Part shown: one piece after another, positions 40,290 through 49,379 of the stretch
Layout: each line of letters begins with the position of its first letter
How positions within the stretch are numbered: the stretch's first letter is position 1
Assembly: GCA_965226795.1 (NCBI GenBank)
Contig: CBDDDZ010000004.1
Span: forward strand, 160,001-224,000
Origin: Candidatus Latescibacterota bacterium
GTDB lineage: Bacteria; Latescibacterota; UBA2968; GCA-2709665
DNA: 64,000 nt
Reading direction: 5' to 3'
The notes under the pieces: generated by a model
The model's input: the letters and a program-made list of their open reading frames with translations, nothing else
The model's database searches: none
Told to the model about the DNA's origin: nothing
Translations under genes and position numbers: made by a program

Positions 40290-40949
40290 TCATCCATCCA
40301 GTTCCACGGCCCGCCAGAGATACCAGCTTGCCACCGACCGGTATGGACGCCAACGTTCACCGTGTTCCAGCAGGCCTGCCGCATCGGGCAGCCCGCTCAA
40401 CCCGTAGGTGAGCATAAACCCCTTTCTTACACCCAGGTCCTTAACCGGCAGCACGTCCGCCCGGCCCAGATCGAATATCAACATCATCTGCACGGTCCAC
40501 TCGCCCACACCCCGGACGTGCGTGAAGCGCCGGATGATCTCTTCGTCGGGCATCCCATTCAACCGCCGCCCCGATGGAACCGCGCCCTCGCGCGTCTTTT
40601 CGGCAAGGTCTTTCACGGCCGCCACCTTGGCCCGGGACATCCCCGCACCGCGGAACGCGTCGTCGGGTACAGCCAAAACCTGTTCCGGCTCAGGATGTGT
40701 TTCTTGAGGGAACAAACCCAGAACGCGGCCGTAGATCGTCCCGGCCGCCTTTCCCGAAAGCTGCTGGTGGATAATCGAGCGCATCAACGCCCGAAACGGA
40801 TGGTGCTGAGCCCGTGCTTCCAGCCTGCAGGGGCCGGCGCGTACCATCAGACGTGCCAACGCGGCGTCCACCCGTGAAAGCGCCGCAACCGCTTCTTCCG
40901 GATCGTATGTCAATCCACTTTCGATTCCCGGCATCGCGTCGCGACTCAT
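40290..40949 (-). CDS. alkA: DNA-3-methyladenine glycosylase II (HhH-GPD)
   Basis: IIHQQLS, VRGVGEWT, LPVKDLGVR, WRPYRSVASWYLW. Confidence 0.88.
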   Translation of the reverse strand: MSRDAMPGIESGLTYDPEEAVAALSRVDAALARLMVRAGPCRLEARAQHHPFRALMRSIIHQQLSGKAAGTIYGRVLGLFPQETHPEPEQVLAVPDDAFRGAGMSRAKVAAVKDLAEKTREGAVPSGRRLNGMPDEEIIRRFTHVRGVGEWTVQMMLIFDLGRADVLPVKDLGVRKGFMLTYGLSGLPDAAGLLEHGERWRPYRSVASWYLWRAVELDG

Positions 40950-41023
40950 GAAATAATCCTTTGGTTTTCGGAGTCTCGCATAACCCGCCGTTAGCGCGCG
41001 GGCAGACGTGAGACGCAGCTTCG

Positions 41024-41986
41024 CTAGACTACGATCTCGTTTTCACGCCTCAACGTCGCGGCCAGAGCCACTGCGCCTAACAGGCCCGAATTCCCGTTCA
41101 GCCGGGCGGAAAGAATTCTCAGGTGGGGCCGGTGCACGGGCATCAGAAACCGATCCGTCTGTTCGCACAGCGGCTCCAGGAGCACTTTGCCGGCTTTGGC
41201 CACGCTGCCGCCTATCACAATGGCTTCGGGCGCAAGCGCATTTATGGCAGCCGCCATTCCCATGCCCAGATATCGGCACGTCTCATTCACCAGTTCCAGG
41301 GCGAGCCTGTCGCCGGTCCGCGCGGCATCGAAGACCGCTTTGGCTGTAATAGGACCTCCCGCCGCTTTCCGGATCCCGCGGCCCCTTCGAGGCTGCATAC
41401 GCACAGCCTCCTCCCCGCGGCGGCCAATGGCCGTGCCGGAAGAAAGGGCTTCGAGACACCCCCGATTGCCGCAATCGCAAAGCGGACCATCGGCAAGGAT
41501 CGGCACGTGTCCGAGTTCGCCCGCGTTGCCGTTGGCGCCGCGGTAAATCTCTCTATCGATTATAATTCCGGCGCCAATACCCGTGCCGATATTATAATAG
41601 ATAAGGTGTCGGCAGCCCCTGCCCGCACCGAACGTGAATTCGCCCAGCGCGCCAACGTTGGCATCGTTATCCACAATTGCCGGCACCCCGAGACCCCGTT
41701 GAATCGTCTCCGGAATCGCCAGGTTGTCCCAACCCCCCACGTGTGTGGAATTGACGATCCGCTGGGCCTCGAAATCCACAGGGCCGCCAAAACTGATTCC
41801 GCACGCCGATACTTTTCCCGGGGATGACGAGAGCAGCCGGCGCCCCTCGTTGAGAATTCGCTCGATCATCCATTGCGCGCCGCCGGAGCGATCGGTGGAA
41901 CCGGTCGTCCGTTTCATAATACGACCGTCGGACGTTCCCAATGCCAGACTGAAATTGGTGCCGCCGATATCGACCGCAAGAATCAT
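41024..41986 (-). CDS. ROK family sugar kinase
   Basis: VDIGGT, NDANVGALGE, GTGIGAG, GELGH, CDCGNRGCLE; no HTH. Confidence 0.92.
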   Translation of the reverse strand: MILAVDIGGTNFSLALGTSDGRIMKRTTGSTDRSGGAQWMIERILNEGRRLLSSSPGKVSACGISFGGPVDFEAQRIVNSTHVGGWDNLAIPETIQRGLGVPAIVDNDANVGALGEFTFGAGRGCRHLIYYNIGTGIGAGIIIDREIYRGANGNAGELGHVPILADGPLCDCGNRGCLEALSSGTAIGRRGEEAVRMQPRRGRGIRKAAGGPITAKAVFDAARTGDRLALELVNETCRYLGMGMAAAINALAPEAIVIGGSVAKAGKVLLEPLCEQTDRFLMPVHRPHLRILSARLNGNSGLLGAVALAATLRRENEIVV

Positions 41987-41996
41987 GGAAGCCGCC

Positions 41997-42761
41997 TCAG
42001 TCCGCCAGCCCGCGGGCGCGAAGGTAGTCCAGCGACTGCTCGATCCGCCGTTCCACGTCCCGCCGCGTCAGCGATTCGCCCCTGATCCCCTCCAGTTCAA
42101 ACGTGTAGGGCCCGTTGCGTCCCTGGCCGGCGAATATCTCAAAAATAGCGGGAAAATCCACGATCCCCTCTCCGAGTGCGGGAAAATGCCAGGTCTGAAA
42201 GGCGCCGTTTGTTTCCTTCAGATGCACGGCGGCCACAGCGTGGGACACCTTTCGAAACTGCTCGACCGCATCCACGCCTTCATTGTAATAGTGGACGTTG
42301 GCCGTATCGAAATTGATCCGGATATTGGGATGGTTCACGCTCCGCATCGTCTCCAGCGCCACATCGGCGTTCGTAACCAGGTCCGGATGCGTTTCCATGG
42401 CCACGACTATCCCGCGTTCGGCGGCCGCGTCGCCGATGTCCTGCAATTTTCCGTAGACAAAATCCCGGTCTATACCTCCGGTCTTTATACTCGTAAACAC
42501 CAGGGTTACCCCCATCTCCGCAACGGTATTCAGGGAGTGCACGAACCGCTGGACCACGTCGTCGGCGTGCATCTCACAGCGGATGATCAGACTCGACGGA
42601 CGCAGTCCGAAACGGTCCAGGTCAAGCTGCACCGCACCCGCTTCCTCGGGCTCGGGACATGGAATTTCCACGTTGGTCAGACCGATCCGGCCAAGATGCT
42701 CGTACGCGCCGTCCCGATACTGGCGATAGCTGTTCAGGTTGCACGCAATCAGGTTTGCCAT
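41997..42761 (-). CDS. sugar phosphate isomerase/epimerase (xylose isomerase-like TIM barrel)
   Basis: METH, NFDTAN, VHLKE, LGEGIVDF, ELE. Confidence 0.88.
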   Translation of the reverse strand: MANLIACNLNSYRQYRDGAYEHLGRIGLTNVEIPCPEPEEAGAVQLDLDRFGLRPSSLIIRCEMHADDVVQRFVHSLNTVAEMGVTLVFTSIKTGGIDRDFVYGKLQDIGDAAAERGIVVAMETHPDLVTNADVALETMRSVNHPNIRINFDTANVHYYNEGVDAVEQFRKVSHAVAAVHLKETNGAFQTWHFPALGEGIVDFPAIFEIFAGQGRNGPYTFELEGIRGESLTRRDVERRIEQSLDYLRARGLAD

Positions 42762-42898
42762 TATTCCTCCTTATCGCGGAACGCGTCGCAGTCTGCCCTG
42801 AGCAGGCTCTTGCGTCGTGCCGTTTCCGTACCGAAATGGGCGAGCCGCCGGTGCTCCGGCCAATGGTTGAGGCCGCGGCGCGATCCTCCGCATGTCAT

Positions 42899-44155
42899 CT
42901 ATCCGTACCGTACCCACCGGATCATCTCAGAAAGGGTGGCCCGTTTGCCCCGCATCAGGATGCCCACCCGGTAGATCCGCGCGGCCACCCACGTCAAGCC
43001 GGCAATGGTTGCGATCAGAATCAGAACCGACGCCGCGATCTCAGTCCACGGAGGCGTGAGGACGTTGACCCGCACAATCATAATCATTGGAGAAAAAAAC
43101 GGAATCAGCGACATCACCACGGATGGTGTGGCGTTGGGCTGCCGGGTGATAAACGTCATTGCAAGCAGCGACAGGATCAACGGCACAATGACGAGTATCT
43201 GAAGGTGTTGTGCATCCTGCTCGGTGTCGCAAACGGCGCCTATGATTGCATAGAGTGTGGCGTAAAGAAAATAACCCAGGATGAAGTAGACACCGAAGTA
43301 AACCATCATACCCGGTTCGATCGCAAAGGGCAGGTTCGGGCCGAACGCCATCCTGCCGTATGCGGACGCCAGCAGACCCACGCCGATCCAGACCGTGACC
43401 TGAACCAGGCTGGCGCCTCCAATGCCCAGTATCTTGCCTGCCATCATCTGCAGAGGATCGACCGACGAAAGCATCACCTCCACCATGCGGGAAGACTTCT
43501 CTTCCAGCACGCCGCGCATGACCATGATACCGTATACGATGGTTACCATGTACAACAACATGGCGAAGGCGAACGATGAAAAATATTCCCGGGCGAAGCC
43601 GCTCTTCTTCTCCTTTCCCTTTACGATTTTCACCGTTTTCATCTGCACACGCCGTGTCCATTTTCTCACCGCATCCGGGTCCAGTCCCCGCTCCGCCAGC
43701 CTGTGGGCTACCACGATATGCGTCAACGCACCCCGCAATCGCCCGACCTGGCGAATATCGCTAACGTTTTTCCCGTAGAAGCCGACCTCACCCTTCTCAA
43801 AAATGTCGGCCGGCACCACCAGGTAGGCGTCCAGTCTGTTGCCGTTGATCTCATCCGTCAGTATCCGGCGGGTGGTTTCCAGGTCGGGACCGGGCGGCAC
43901 TTCCTGCAACAGATATTCCAGCCTGCCATCCTGAAATCTATCGTCCAGACGCGTCTCGAGTGGCCGGAACAGGACTCCGGTCTGGTCGATCACTGCAACA
44001 TGCTTTTGTTTGTCAACGTCGACCTGCGCCAGAAAAACCGGAACCAGGATGCTGGCCACCACGAAAACCGGTACCAGAAACAGCCCGATCAGGAAACTCT
44101 TCTTGCGCACAATCTCGATAAATTCCCGCCGGATGATTTTCAGTGTCTTATTCAT
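42899..44155 (-). CDS. ABC-2 type permease (NatB/YhaP-like)
   Basis: EEKSSRMVEVMLSS, GKILG, PFFSP; multiple TM segments. Confidence 0.9.
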   Translation of the reverse strand: MNKTLKIIRREFIEIVRKKSFLIGLFLVPVFVVASILVPVFLAQVDVDKQKHVAVIDQTGVLFRPLETRLDDRFQDGRLEYLLQEVPPGPDLETTRRILTDEINGNRLDAYLVVPADIFEKGEVGFYGKNVSDIRQVGRLRGALTHIVVAHRLAERGLDPDAVRKWTRRVQMKTVKIVKGKEKKSGFAREYFSSFAFAMLLYMVTIVYGIMVMRGVLEEKSSRMVEVMLSSVDPLQMMAGKILGIGGASLVQVTVWIGVGLLASAYGRMAFGPNLPFAIEPGMMVYFGVYFILGYFLYATLYAIIGAVCDTEQDAQHLQILVIVPLILSLLAMTFITRQPNATPSVVMSLIPFFSPMIMIVRVNVLTPPWTEIAASVLILIATIAGLTWVAARIYRVGILMRGKRATLSEMIRWVRYG

Positions 44156-45065
44156 CCTGGCGTTCTCCGGAATCTTCGCCTCGCACAGCCATCATAAAAA
44201 TGTCCCTTAGAGACGGCTCCGAGATTTCAAACCGGTGGATCTGAGCCATGGATAGTGCGTGTCTCAGCAAGTCGCCGGGGTCGACGCCGGTTTGGAGTTC
44301 GACCTCCACGTGATTCCCGCGATGGTCTGCCCGCCGAACCAGCTTCGTATTCCTGAGAAAATCGTCATTACCCTTAAACGCAATACGCAACCGGTTCCTC
44401 GTATACAGCGACTTCAGTTCCGGTACCGTACCGTCCAGTACCTTCCTGCCACGGTTGATGAGGCAGATCCGGTCGCAAAGCGCTTCCGCATCCTCCATCT
44501 GGTGGGTGGAGAAAATGAGGATCTTTCCTTCACGCTTCAAGGTCTCCATAATCTCCTTCAGGACGGCTGCGTTGATCGGATCGAGCCCGCTGAACGGCTC
44601 ATCGAGAATCAACAGATCGGGGTCGTGAATGACGGTTGCGATGAATTGCAGCTTTTGCTGCATTCCCTTGGACAACTGATCCACGCGCCGGTTCGACCAT
44701 TCCGACAGGCCCAACCGTTCCAGCCATTCACCCGCTCTCCCGGCCGCTTCCGACCGGGAGAGCGACTTGATCTCCCCAAGAAACACCAGCAGATCCATAA
44801 CCCGCATTTTGGGATACAGCCCTCGTTCTTCGGGCAAATATCCCACCCGATCCTTGGACAGTCCCGCTCCTCCGTTGTCATAGTCGATCTTCCCCGAATC
44901 CGGCGCATAAATTCCCAGGACCGTACGAATCGTCGTGGTCTTTCCGGCCCCGTTAGGCCCCAGCAAACCGAAGATCTCGCCCGCCGCGATGTCGAGGTCC
45001 AACCCATCCACGGCACGGACGCCGTCGAAGGTTTTCGTGACCTGCTGGAGCACAATCCTGCGCAT
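44148..45065 (-). CDS. ABC transporter ATP-binding protein
   Basis: GPNGAGKTT, LSKGMQQK, LILDEPFSGLD, STH; start at MRRIVLQ. Confidence 0.93.
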   Translation of the reverse strand: MRRIVLQQVTKTFDGVRAVDGLDLDIAAGEIFGLLGPNGAGKTTTIRTVLGIYAPDSGKIDYDNGGAGLSKDRVGYLPEERGLYPKMRVMDLLVFLGEIKSLSRSEAAGRAGEWLERLGLSEWSNRRVDQLSKGMQQKLQFIATVIHDPDLLILDEPFSGLDPINAAVLKEIMETLKREGKILIFSTHQMEDAEALCDRICLINRGRKVLDGTVPELKSLYTRNRLRIAFKGNDDFLRNTKLVRRADHRGNHVEVELQTGVDPGDLLRHALSMAQIHRFEISEPSLRDIFMMAVRGEDSGERQDE

Positions 45066-45249
45066 AAGGTTCTCCCGGACTGATCCGAAGGGTTGCGGGA
45101 AGCGCGGGTTATCCGTTGCCGAAGGCTGCGAATCCACGCCTTGAGCAGGCATAAAATACGAGCACGGGCAAGGGCGCGCAACAGGACTTTCCCGCGGTTG
45201 AATGAAACCGCGGCATCGCGAGGCGGTTGCATCGGCTGCCAGGTCTCTT

Positions 45250-45297
45250 ATGAAAGCAAAAAGACGCCGGCCGTACGGGGTACGATCGGCGTCTTTC
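45250..45297 (-). terminator. terminator-like hairpin upstream of the ABC operon
   Basis: AAAGACGCCG..CGTAC/GTACG..CGGCGTCTTT stem followed by TTTGCTTT on the minus strand. Confidence 0.5.
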
Positions 45298-45380
45298 GGG
45301 GGGGATGTAGCATGGTTGTATCCGCTTAGACGCGCTCCGAGTGGAGAGGTTGTCAAATTTCCACACGAAGTCGGTGATTC

Positions 45381-45411
45381 AAAAAGAAGGCACCCGCTTT
45401 CGCGGGTGCCC
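45381..45411 (-). terminator. tRNA-Leu terminator
   Basis: GGCACCCGC-GAAA-GCGGGTGCC followed by TTCTTTT on the minus strand. Confidence 0.7.
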
Positions 45412-45420
45412 ATTTTATTC

Positions 45421-45507
45421 TGGTGCCGAAGGTGGGACTCGAACCCACACGGGCTTGCGCCCACTGGATTTTGAGTCCAGCGCGTCTACCAGTTCCACCA
45501 CTTCGGC
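45421..45507 (-). tRNA. tRNA-Leu (CAA)
   Basis: GCCGAAG...TGGTAGAC, anticodon arm CTGGA-CTCAAAA-TCCAG, long variable arm, GGTTCGAGTCC, encoded CCA; TTGACA-17-GATATT promoter at 45530-45558. Confidence 0.96.
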
Positions 45508-45633
45508 GCCATTGAAATCAGGATTGTCAAATATCCCCATACCCGCCGAGGGTGTCAAGAGAAAACAGGCGCAATTATTCTCCACCGGTGTTGCCGGTAG
45601 AGAAATCGGCCGGCGGGACGGAAGTGCAGAGCG

Positions 45634-46218
45634 CTACGGCATCCGATCCGCCACGGGCGGACCCAGAATCTCCTGGTAGATTATCGCCTTGCGGACCGTT
45701 TGCGGTTTGAAATCAAGATCGATCCTTCGTCGGCGGGTTCCACGGAGAGGAGCCAGCGCCATCGGGAGGATTTCCGGCGAGTGGTCCCGATCCTTTTCGG
45801 CCGCGGATCCGGCCTCGGCGGCAGGTATCCCAACGCGCGCCCTTTCTATTTCCGCACTGCCGGGGCGCAATTCCTCCGGCCGGAAGACATCCACCTCCCT
45901 ATATTCGTCCCCGTCGTACCCCTCACCCACAGGGCGCGCGCCACTTACTTCCCGAAACTCTCTTCCGCCCTGGGGCTCGCTCACATGGCGTGTGCCTTTT
46001 ACCTCTCTGAACTCCTCACCCACGGTCGGCGTTCCGAACGGTTGCGGTTCGGGGAAACCATCTTCTTCCGAAAGATCGAAGCCCCGCCTGCCCATCGGGG
46101 GCAAACCCAGATCCTCTTCCTCAAGCTCCCGGCGCCGCCGCGCTTCCAGGACCTTGTTGATCAGCGAAAAAATCACACTCAGAACGATCACCAGGATAAT
46201 GGCGAGTTCGAAACTCAT
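45634..46218 (-). CDS. YqfB-like membrane-anchored protein downstream of floA
   Basis: N-terminal TM, disordered middle with three E(F/Y)REV repeats, C-terminal RKAIIYQEILGPP. Confidence 0.75.
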   Translation of the reverse strand: MSFELAIILVIVLSVIFSLINKVLEARRRRELEEEDLGLPPMGRRGFDLSEEDGFPEPQPFGTPTVGEEFREVKGTRHVSEPQGGREFREVSGARPVGEGYDGDEYREVDVFRPEELRPGSAEIERARVGIPAAEAGSAAEKDRDHSPEILPMALAPLRGTRRRRIDLDFKPQTVRKAIIYQEILGPPVADRMP

Positions 46219-46221
46219 GAT

Positions 46222-47220
46222 TTAGGCGTCTCCCCGGTCCGACTCATTCTCCGGACTGTCCTGGGTCTCGGCGATTCCCTCTCGCATTGAGGTGTCTGCC
46301 TGGATATTCTTCATCCGGTAATAATCCATCACGCCCAGATTGCCGCTGCGGAACGCCTCGGCCATCGCCCGCGGGACCTCGGCCTCCGCCTCCACGACGC
46401 GCGCCCGCATCTCCACGACTTTCGCGCTCATCTCCTGCTCATGCGCGACGGCCATCGCCCGCCGTTCTTCCGCCTTCGCCCGGGCGATTTTCAGATCGGC
46501 CTCGGCCTGGTCTGTCTGGAGTTTCGCCCCGATATTGTCTCCCACGTCCACATCCGCGATATCAATCGAAAGGATCTCATATGCCGTACCCGAATCCAAC
46601 CCCTTCCCCAACACGGTCTTTGAAATCAGATCCGGATTCTCCAGTACGGCCTTGTGCGTGCCCGAGGAACCAATTGTTGTCACAATCCCTTCACCGACCC
46701 GTGCGACAATCGTTTCCTCCCCGGCGCCGCCGACCAGCCGGTCGATGTTAGCCCGCACAGTTACCCTGGACGTCGCCTTGACCTGGATGCCATCTTTGGC
46801 CACGGCCGTGACCATCGGGGTGGAAATCACTTTGGGATTGACGCTGACCTGCACGGCCTCCAGCACGTTACGACCGGCAAGATCGATGGCCGCGGCACGC
46901 TCCGTGGTGAGGCTGATCCCGGCTTTGTCCGCCACGATCAGCGCGGTGACCACATTCTCCACGTGCCCTCCCGACAGAAAATGCGCTTCCAGGAAGGAAG
47001 TCGGGATCGCCAGCCCGGCCTTGGTTGCGCTGATCTGAGCTCCCAGGATAAGTCGCGGGGAAACGCGGCGCAGGCGCATCCCCACCAGTTCGCCGATACC
47101 GATTCGAACCCGGGCCGCAAGGGCCGAGATCCACAGCCCGAACGGGATGAAATAAAAGAACAGAAACAGAACGACGATTGCGGCGACAACACCAAACAAT
47201 AGCGCGATTCCTTCGAACAT
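46222..47220 (-). CDS. floA: flotillin-like protein FloA (YqfA)
   Basis: [54 protein letters not shown]. Confidence 0.95.
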   Translation of the reverse strand: MFEGIALLFGVVAAIVVLFLFFYFIPFGLWISALAARVRIGIGELVGMRLRRVSPRLILGAQISATKAGLAIPTSFLEAHFLSGGHVENVVTALIVADKAGISLTTERAAAIDLAGRNVLEAVQVSVNPKVISTPMVTAVAKDGIQVKATSRVTVRANIDRLVGGAGEETIVARVGEGIVTTIGSSGTHKAVLENPDLISKTVLGKGLDSGTAYEILSIDIADVDVGDNIGAKLQTDQAEADLKIARAKAEERRAMAVAHEQEMSAKVVEMRARVVEAEAEVPRAMAEAFRSGNLGVMDYYRMKNIQADTSMREGIAETQDSPENESDRGDA

Positions 47221-47279
47221 ATCACGGCTCCCCTTGTATCTTCAGTCGTTTGAACCGAACCGGCTCAAACGAGGGCCCT

Positions 47280-47590
47280 CTAGCGGGCGTCCTCAGCCTT
47301 ACGTACCACGATCCGGTTGCCTTCAACCTCGACGACCCTGAATTGGGCCTATCTCTTTCAATAAACTCGCCTTCAGCGGCCACGTTGACCCGACGCCCGT
47401 CGATCAGGCCCGCACCCGAGGGCCGCAGCGGCGTATAGGCCACGCCCTCTTTGCCCGCGAGCGCGTCATGTTTTCCAGTGACTATGTATCCTGCTTCGGT
47501 GCGTTCGTCTGCATGAAGCACAAGCCATTTCCACAACAGAACCGCGATTGCGACGACAAACACGATCAATATCGCAATTCCTTCGATCAT
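47280..47590 (-). pseudogene. chimeric short NfeD-like gene (FloA-like TM helix + NfeD OB domain), frameshift near 47340
   Basis: MIEGIAILIVFVVAIAVLL resembles the FloA N-terminus; WKWLVLH...TPLRPSG...EGEFIERD resembles the NfeD C-terminus; the shifted frame ends VVEVEGNRIVVRKAEDAR*. Confidence 0.75.
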
Positions 47591-47650
47591 TAAACGGATC
47601 CCGTCCATCTACGGCCAATTTAACCGAACTCCCAAAACTCCATACGCCCC

Positions 47651-47722
47651 TAACAGTCCGTTGATAAAGTTGCTCTGAAGGCGAGGCCGCAGGCAGGATG
47701 GACTTTTTCAACGGGCTGCTAA
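47651..47722. mobile_element. internally deleted MITE, sibling of 7615-7782
   Basis: TAACAGTCCGTTGATAAAGTTGCTCTGAAGGCGAGGCCG...GGATGGACTTTTTCAACGGGCTGCTAA; same ends as the 7.6-kb element. Confidence 0.8.
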
Positions 47723-49062
47723 CCCGTCTCCTCGGTCTTGCGAACTACAATCCGGTTGCCTTCGACCTCAACCACCGTGATCGGGCTATCCTTTTCGATA
47801 AATTCGCCATCGGCCGCCACATTTACCCGGCGCCCGTCGATCAGGCCCGTACCGGAGGGCCGTAGCGGAGTAAAAGCCACGCCCTCCTTGCCCACGAGTG
47901 CATCGTGTTGTCCGGTGGCTATGTAACCCGCCTCGCTACGTTCTTCTTCATGGAGTACAAGCCAGTTCCATGCAGACGTGCGCGGCAGCATTTTCAACAT
48001 CACACAGGCGATCACAACCGTGGTTATAAACGCCAGCAGCAGGGGCCGGGCGCCAATGCCCACGGACTGCCAGGTCCACAGTTCCGGGCGCCCCATCAGA
48101 CTCAGAAACATACCGGCGAACATCAAGACCACTCCCGGGATGGCCAGCACACCGAATCCGGCAACGAAAAACAGGTCGGCGAGCAAAAGGATCAACCCGA
48201 CAAGAAAAAGCAGCACTTCCGTCCAGTCAGCCAGCCTCACCAGAAGATGGCTGCCGAAAAACAGACCCAGACAGATCAGGCCCAACGTGCCCCCGACGCC
48301 CCAACCCGGGCTCTGGATCTCGAAGATCAAGCCCAGAAAACCGAGAGACATGAGCAGCGACGCCACATAGGGGTGCGTCAGCCATCGCACGACCTGCTCC
48401 GACCAGTTCGCCGACTGGTGGGTTATGCGTTTCCCGTCTAACTCATAATGTGACAGCACGGCCTGAAGTTTTTCAACCTCGCCCGTCTCCGAAATACGGT
48501 ATTCCGCGATCTTTTTCGCAACCGCTTCGGTTGTTGTGAGCGTGAGCAGCTTCCCCTTAGGTGCGAGATCCTCAATATCCACGTCTTCGTCGACCATCGC
48601 CTCCGCAAGTTCAGGGGAGCGACCCGTCTTCTCGGCCGTTGCCTTCATCTCATTGCGAAAATACGAAATCACTTTTTCACTGGCCTTTTTCCCCTGCATA
48701 TCTACGGCCGTGGCCGCGCCGATGGTTCCCCCGTCGACCATGACGATATGCCGTGTGGCCAGTGAAATCAACGCTCCGGCCGAAATTGCACGCGGGTTGA
48801 TGAAGGCAATGGTTTTCACATCGCTGTAAAGAATTGCGTCCCGGATGACCAGGGCCGCGTCCAGGGCGCCGCCAGGGGTGTTAATTTCAAAAATCACCGC
48901 TGACGCGCCCTCTGCCTCCGCATCTTCCATGACCCGCGAGACAAACGCCGCCAGCCCTCGCTCAATGGTACCCTCGATCGGCACGATGTAGACCGAACCC
49001 TCCGCCCCGCACAGGGCAGGCAGAAGCAGAACGAGCGCCAGAACCCGAAGTGAAACTCGCAT
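47719..49062 (-). CDS. nfeD: NfeD (YqeZ-like) membrane-bound ClpP-class protease
   Basis: INTPGG, AISAGALI, IGAA, GKLLTLT, TM bundle, TPLRPSG OB-fold. Confidence 0.92.
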   Translation of the reverse strand: MRVSLRVLALVLLLPALCGAEGSVYIVPIEGTIERGLAAFVSRVMEDAEAEGASAVIFEINTPGGALDAALVIRDAILYSDVKTIAFINPRAISAGALISLATRHIVMVDGGTIGAATAVDMQGKKASEKVISYFRNEMKATAEKTGRSPELAEAMVDEDVDIEDLAPKGKLLTLTTTEAVAKKIAEYRISETGEVEKLQAVLSHYELDGKRITHQSANWSEQVVRWLTHPYVASLLMSLGFLGLIFEIQSPGWGVGGTLGLICLGLFFGSHLLVRLADWTEVLLFLVGLILLLADLFFVAGFGVLAIPGVVLMFAGMFLSLMGRPELWTWQSVGIGARPLLLAFITTVVIACVMLKMLPRTSAWNWLVLHEEERSEAGYIATGQHDALVGKEGVAFTPLRPSGTGLIDGRRVNVAADGEFIEKDSPITVVEVEGNRIVVRKTEETG

Positions 49063-49199
49063 GCAGGAAAACTCCCTCAATATTTGGGATTTGAGCGGCA
49101 TCAACCTGAATATCAGTGTACCTTATTCGATTAAAATTGTCAATGGGTATCAATCCGGGCGCCGGGTTGAACGGACCCCATTCAACGTCTTTTTCCGGC

Positions 49200-49228
49200 T
49201 TGACATCAACGCCGCATACTTGTATTAT
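49200..49228 (+). promoter_or_regulatory. sigma70 promoter of tRNA-Met
   Basis: TTGACA-17bp-TATTAT, 18 bp before the tRNA. Confidence 0.75.
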
Positions 49229-49246
49229 TCACACGGAAAAACAGGT

Positions 49247-49322
49247 GGCGGCGTAGCTCAGTTGGCAGAGCAGTGGAATCATAATCCATGGGTCGGGGGT
49301 TCAAGTCCCTCCGCCGCTACCA
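49247..49322 (+). tRNA. tRNA-Met (CAU), elongator type
   Basis: GGCGGCGTAGCTCAG, anticodon arm GTGGA-ATCATAA-TCCAT, GGTTCAAGTCC, CGCCGCT-A-CCA; no initiator GGG/CCC stem or C1 mismatch. Confidence 0.93.
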
Positions 49323-49338
49323 ATTGAAATCACAGCGA

Positions 49339-49379
49339 TAGAAACGGCGTTTGCGCCTCCAACGCAAACGCCGTTTCTA
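49339..49379. terminator. bidirectional terminator hairpin
   Basis: TAGAAACGGCGTTTGCG / CGCAAACGCCGTTTCTA perfect stem between tRNA-Met and the convergent gene. Confidence 0.75.

Noticed and set aside
45421..49322. Genomic island integrated at tRNA-Leu or tRNA-Met
   Set aside because: No duplicated tRNA 3' end or integrase seen; the flanking genes look like core genes.
49247..49322. tRNA-Ile2 or initiator identity for the CAU tRNA
   Set aside because: Lacks initiator features, and the GGCGGCG/CGCCGCT acceptor stem fits elongator Met better; tRNAscan-SE/TFAM would settle it.
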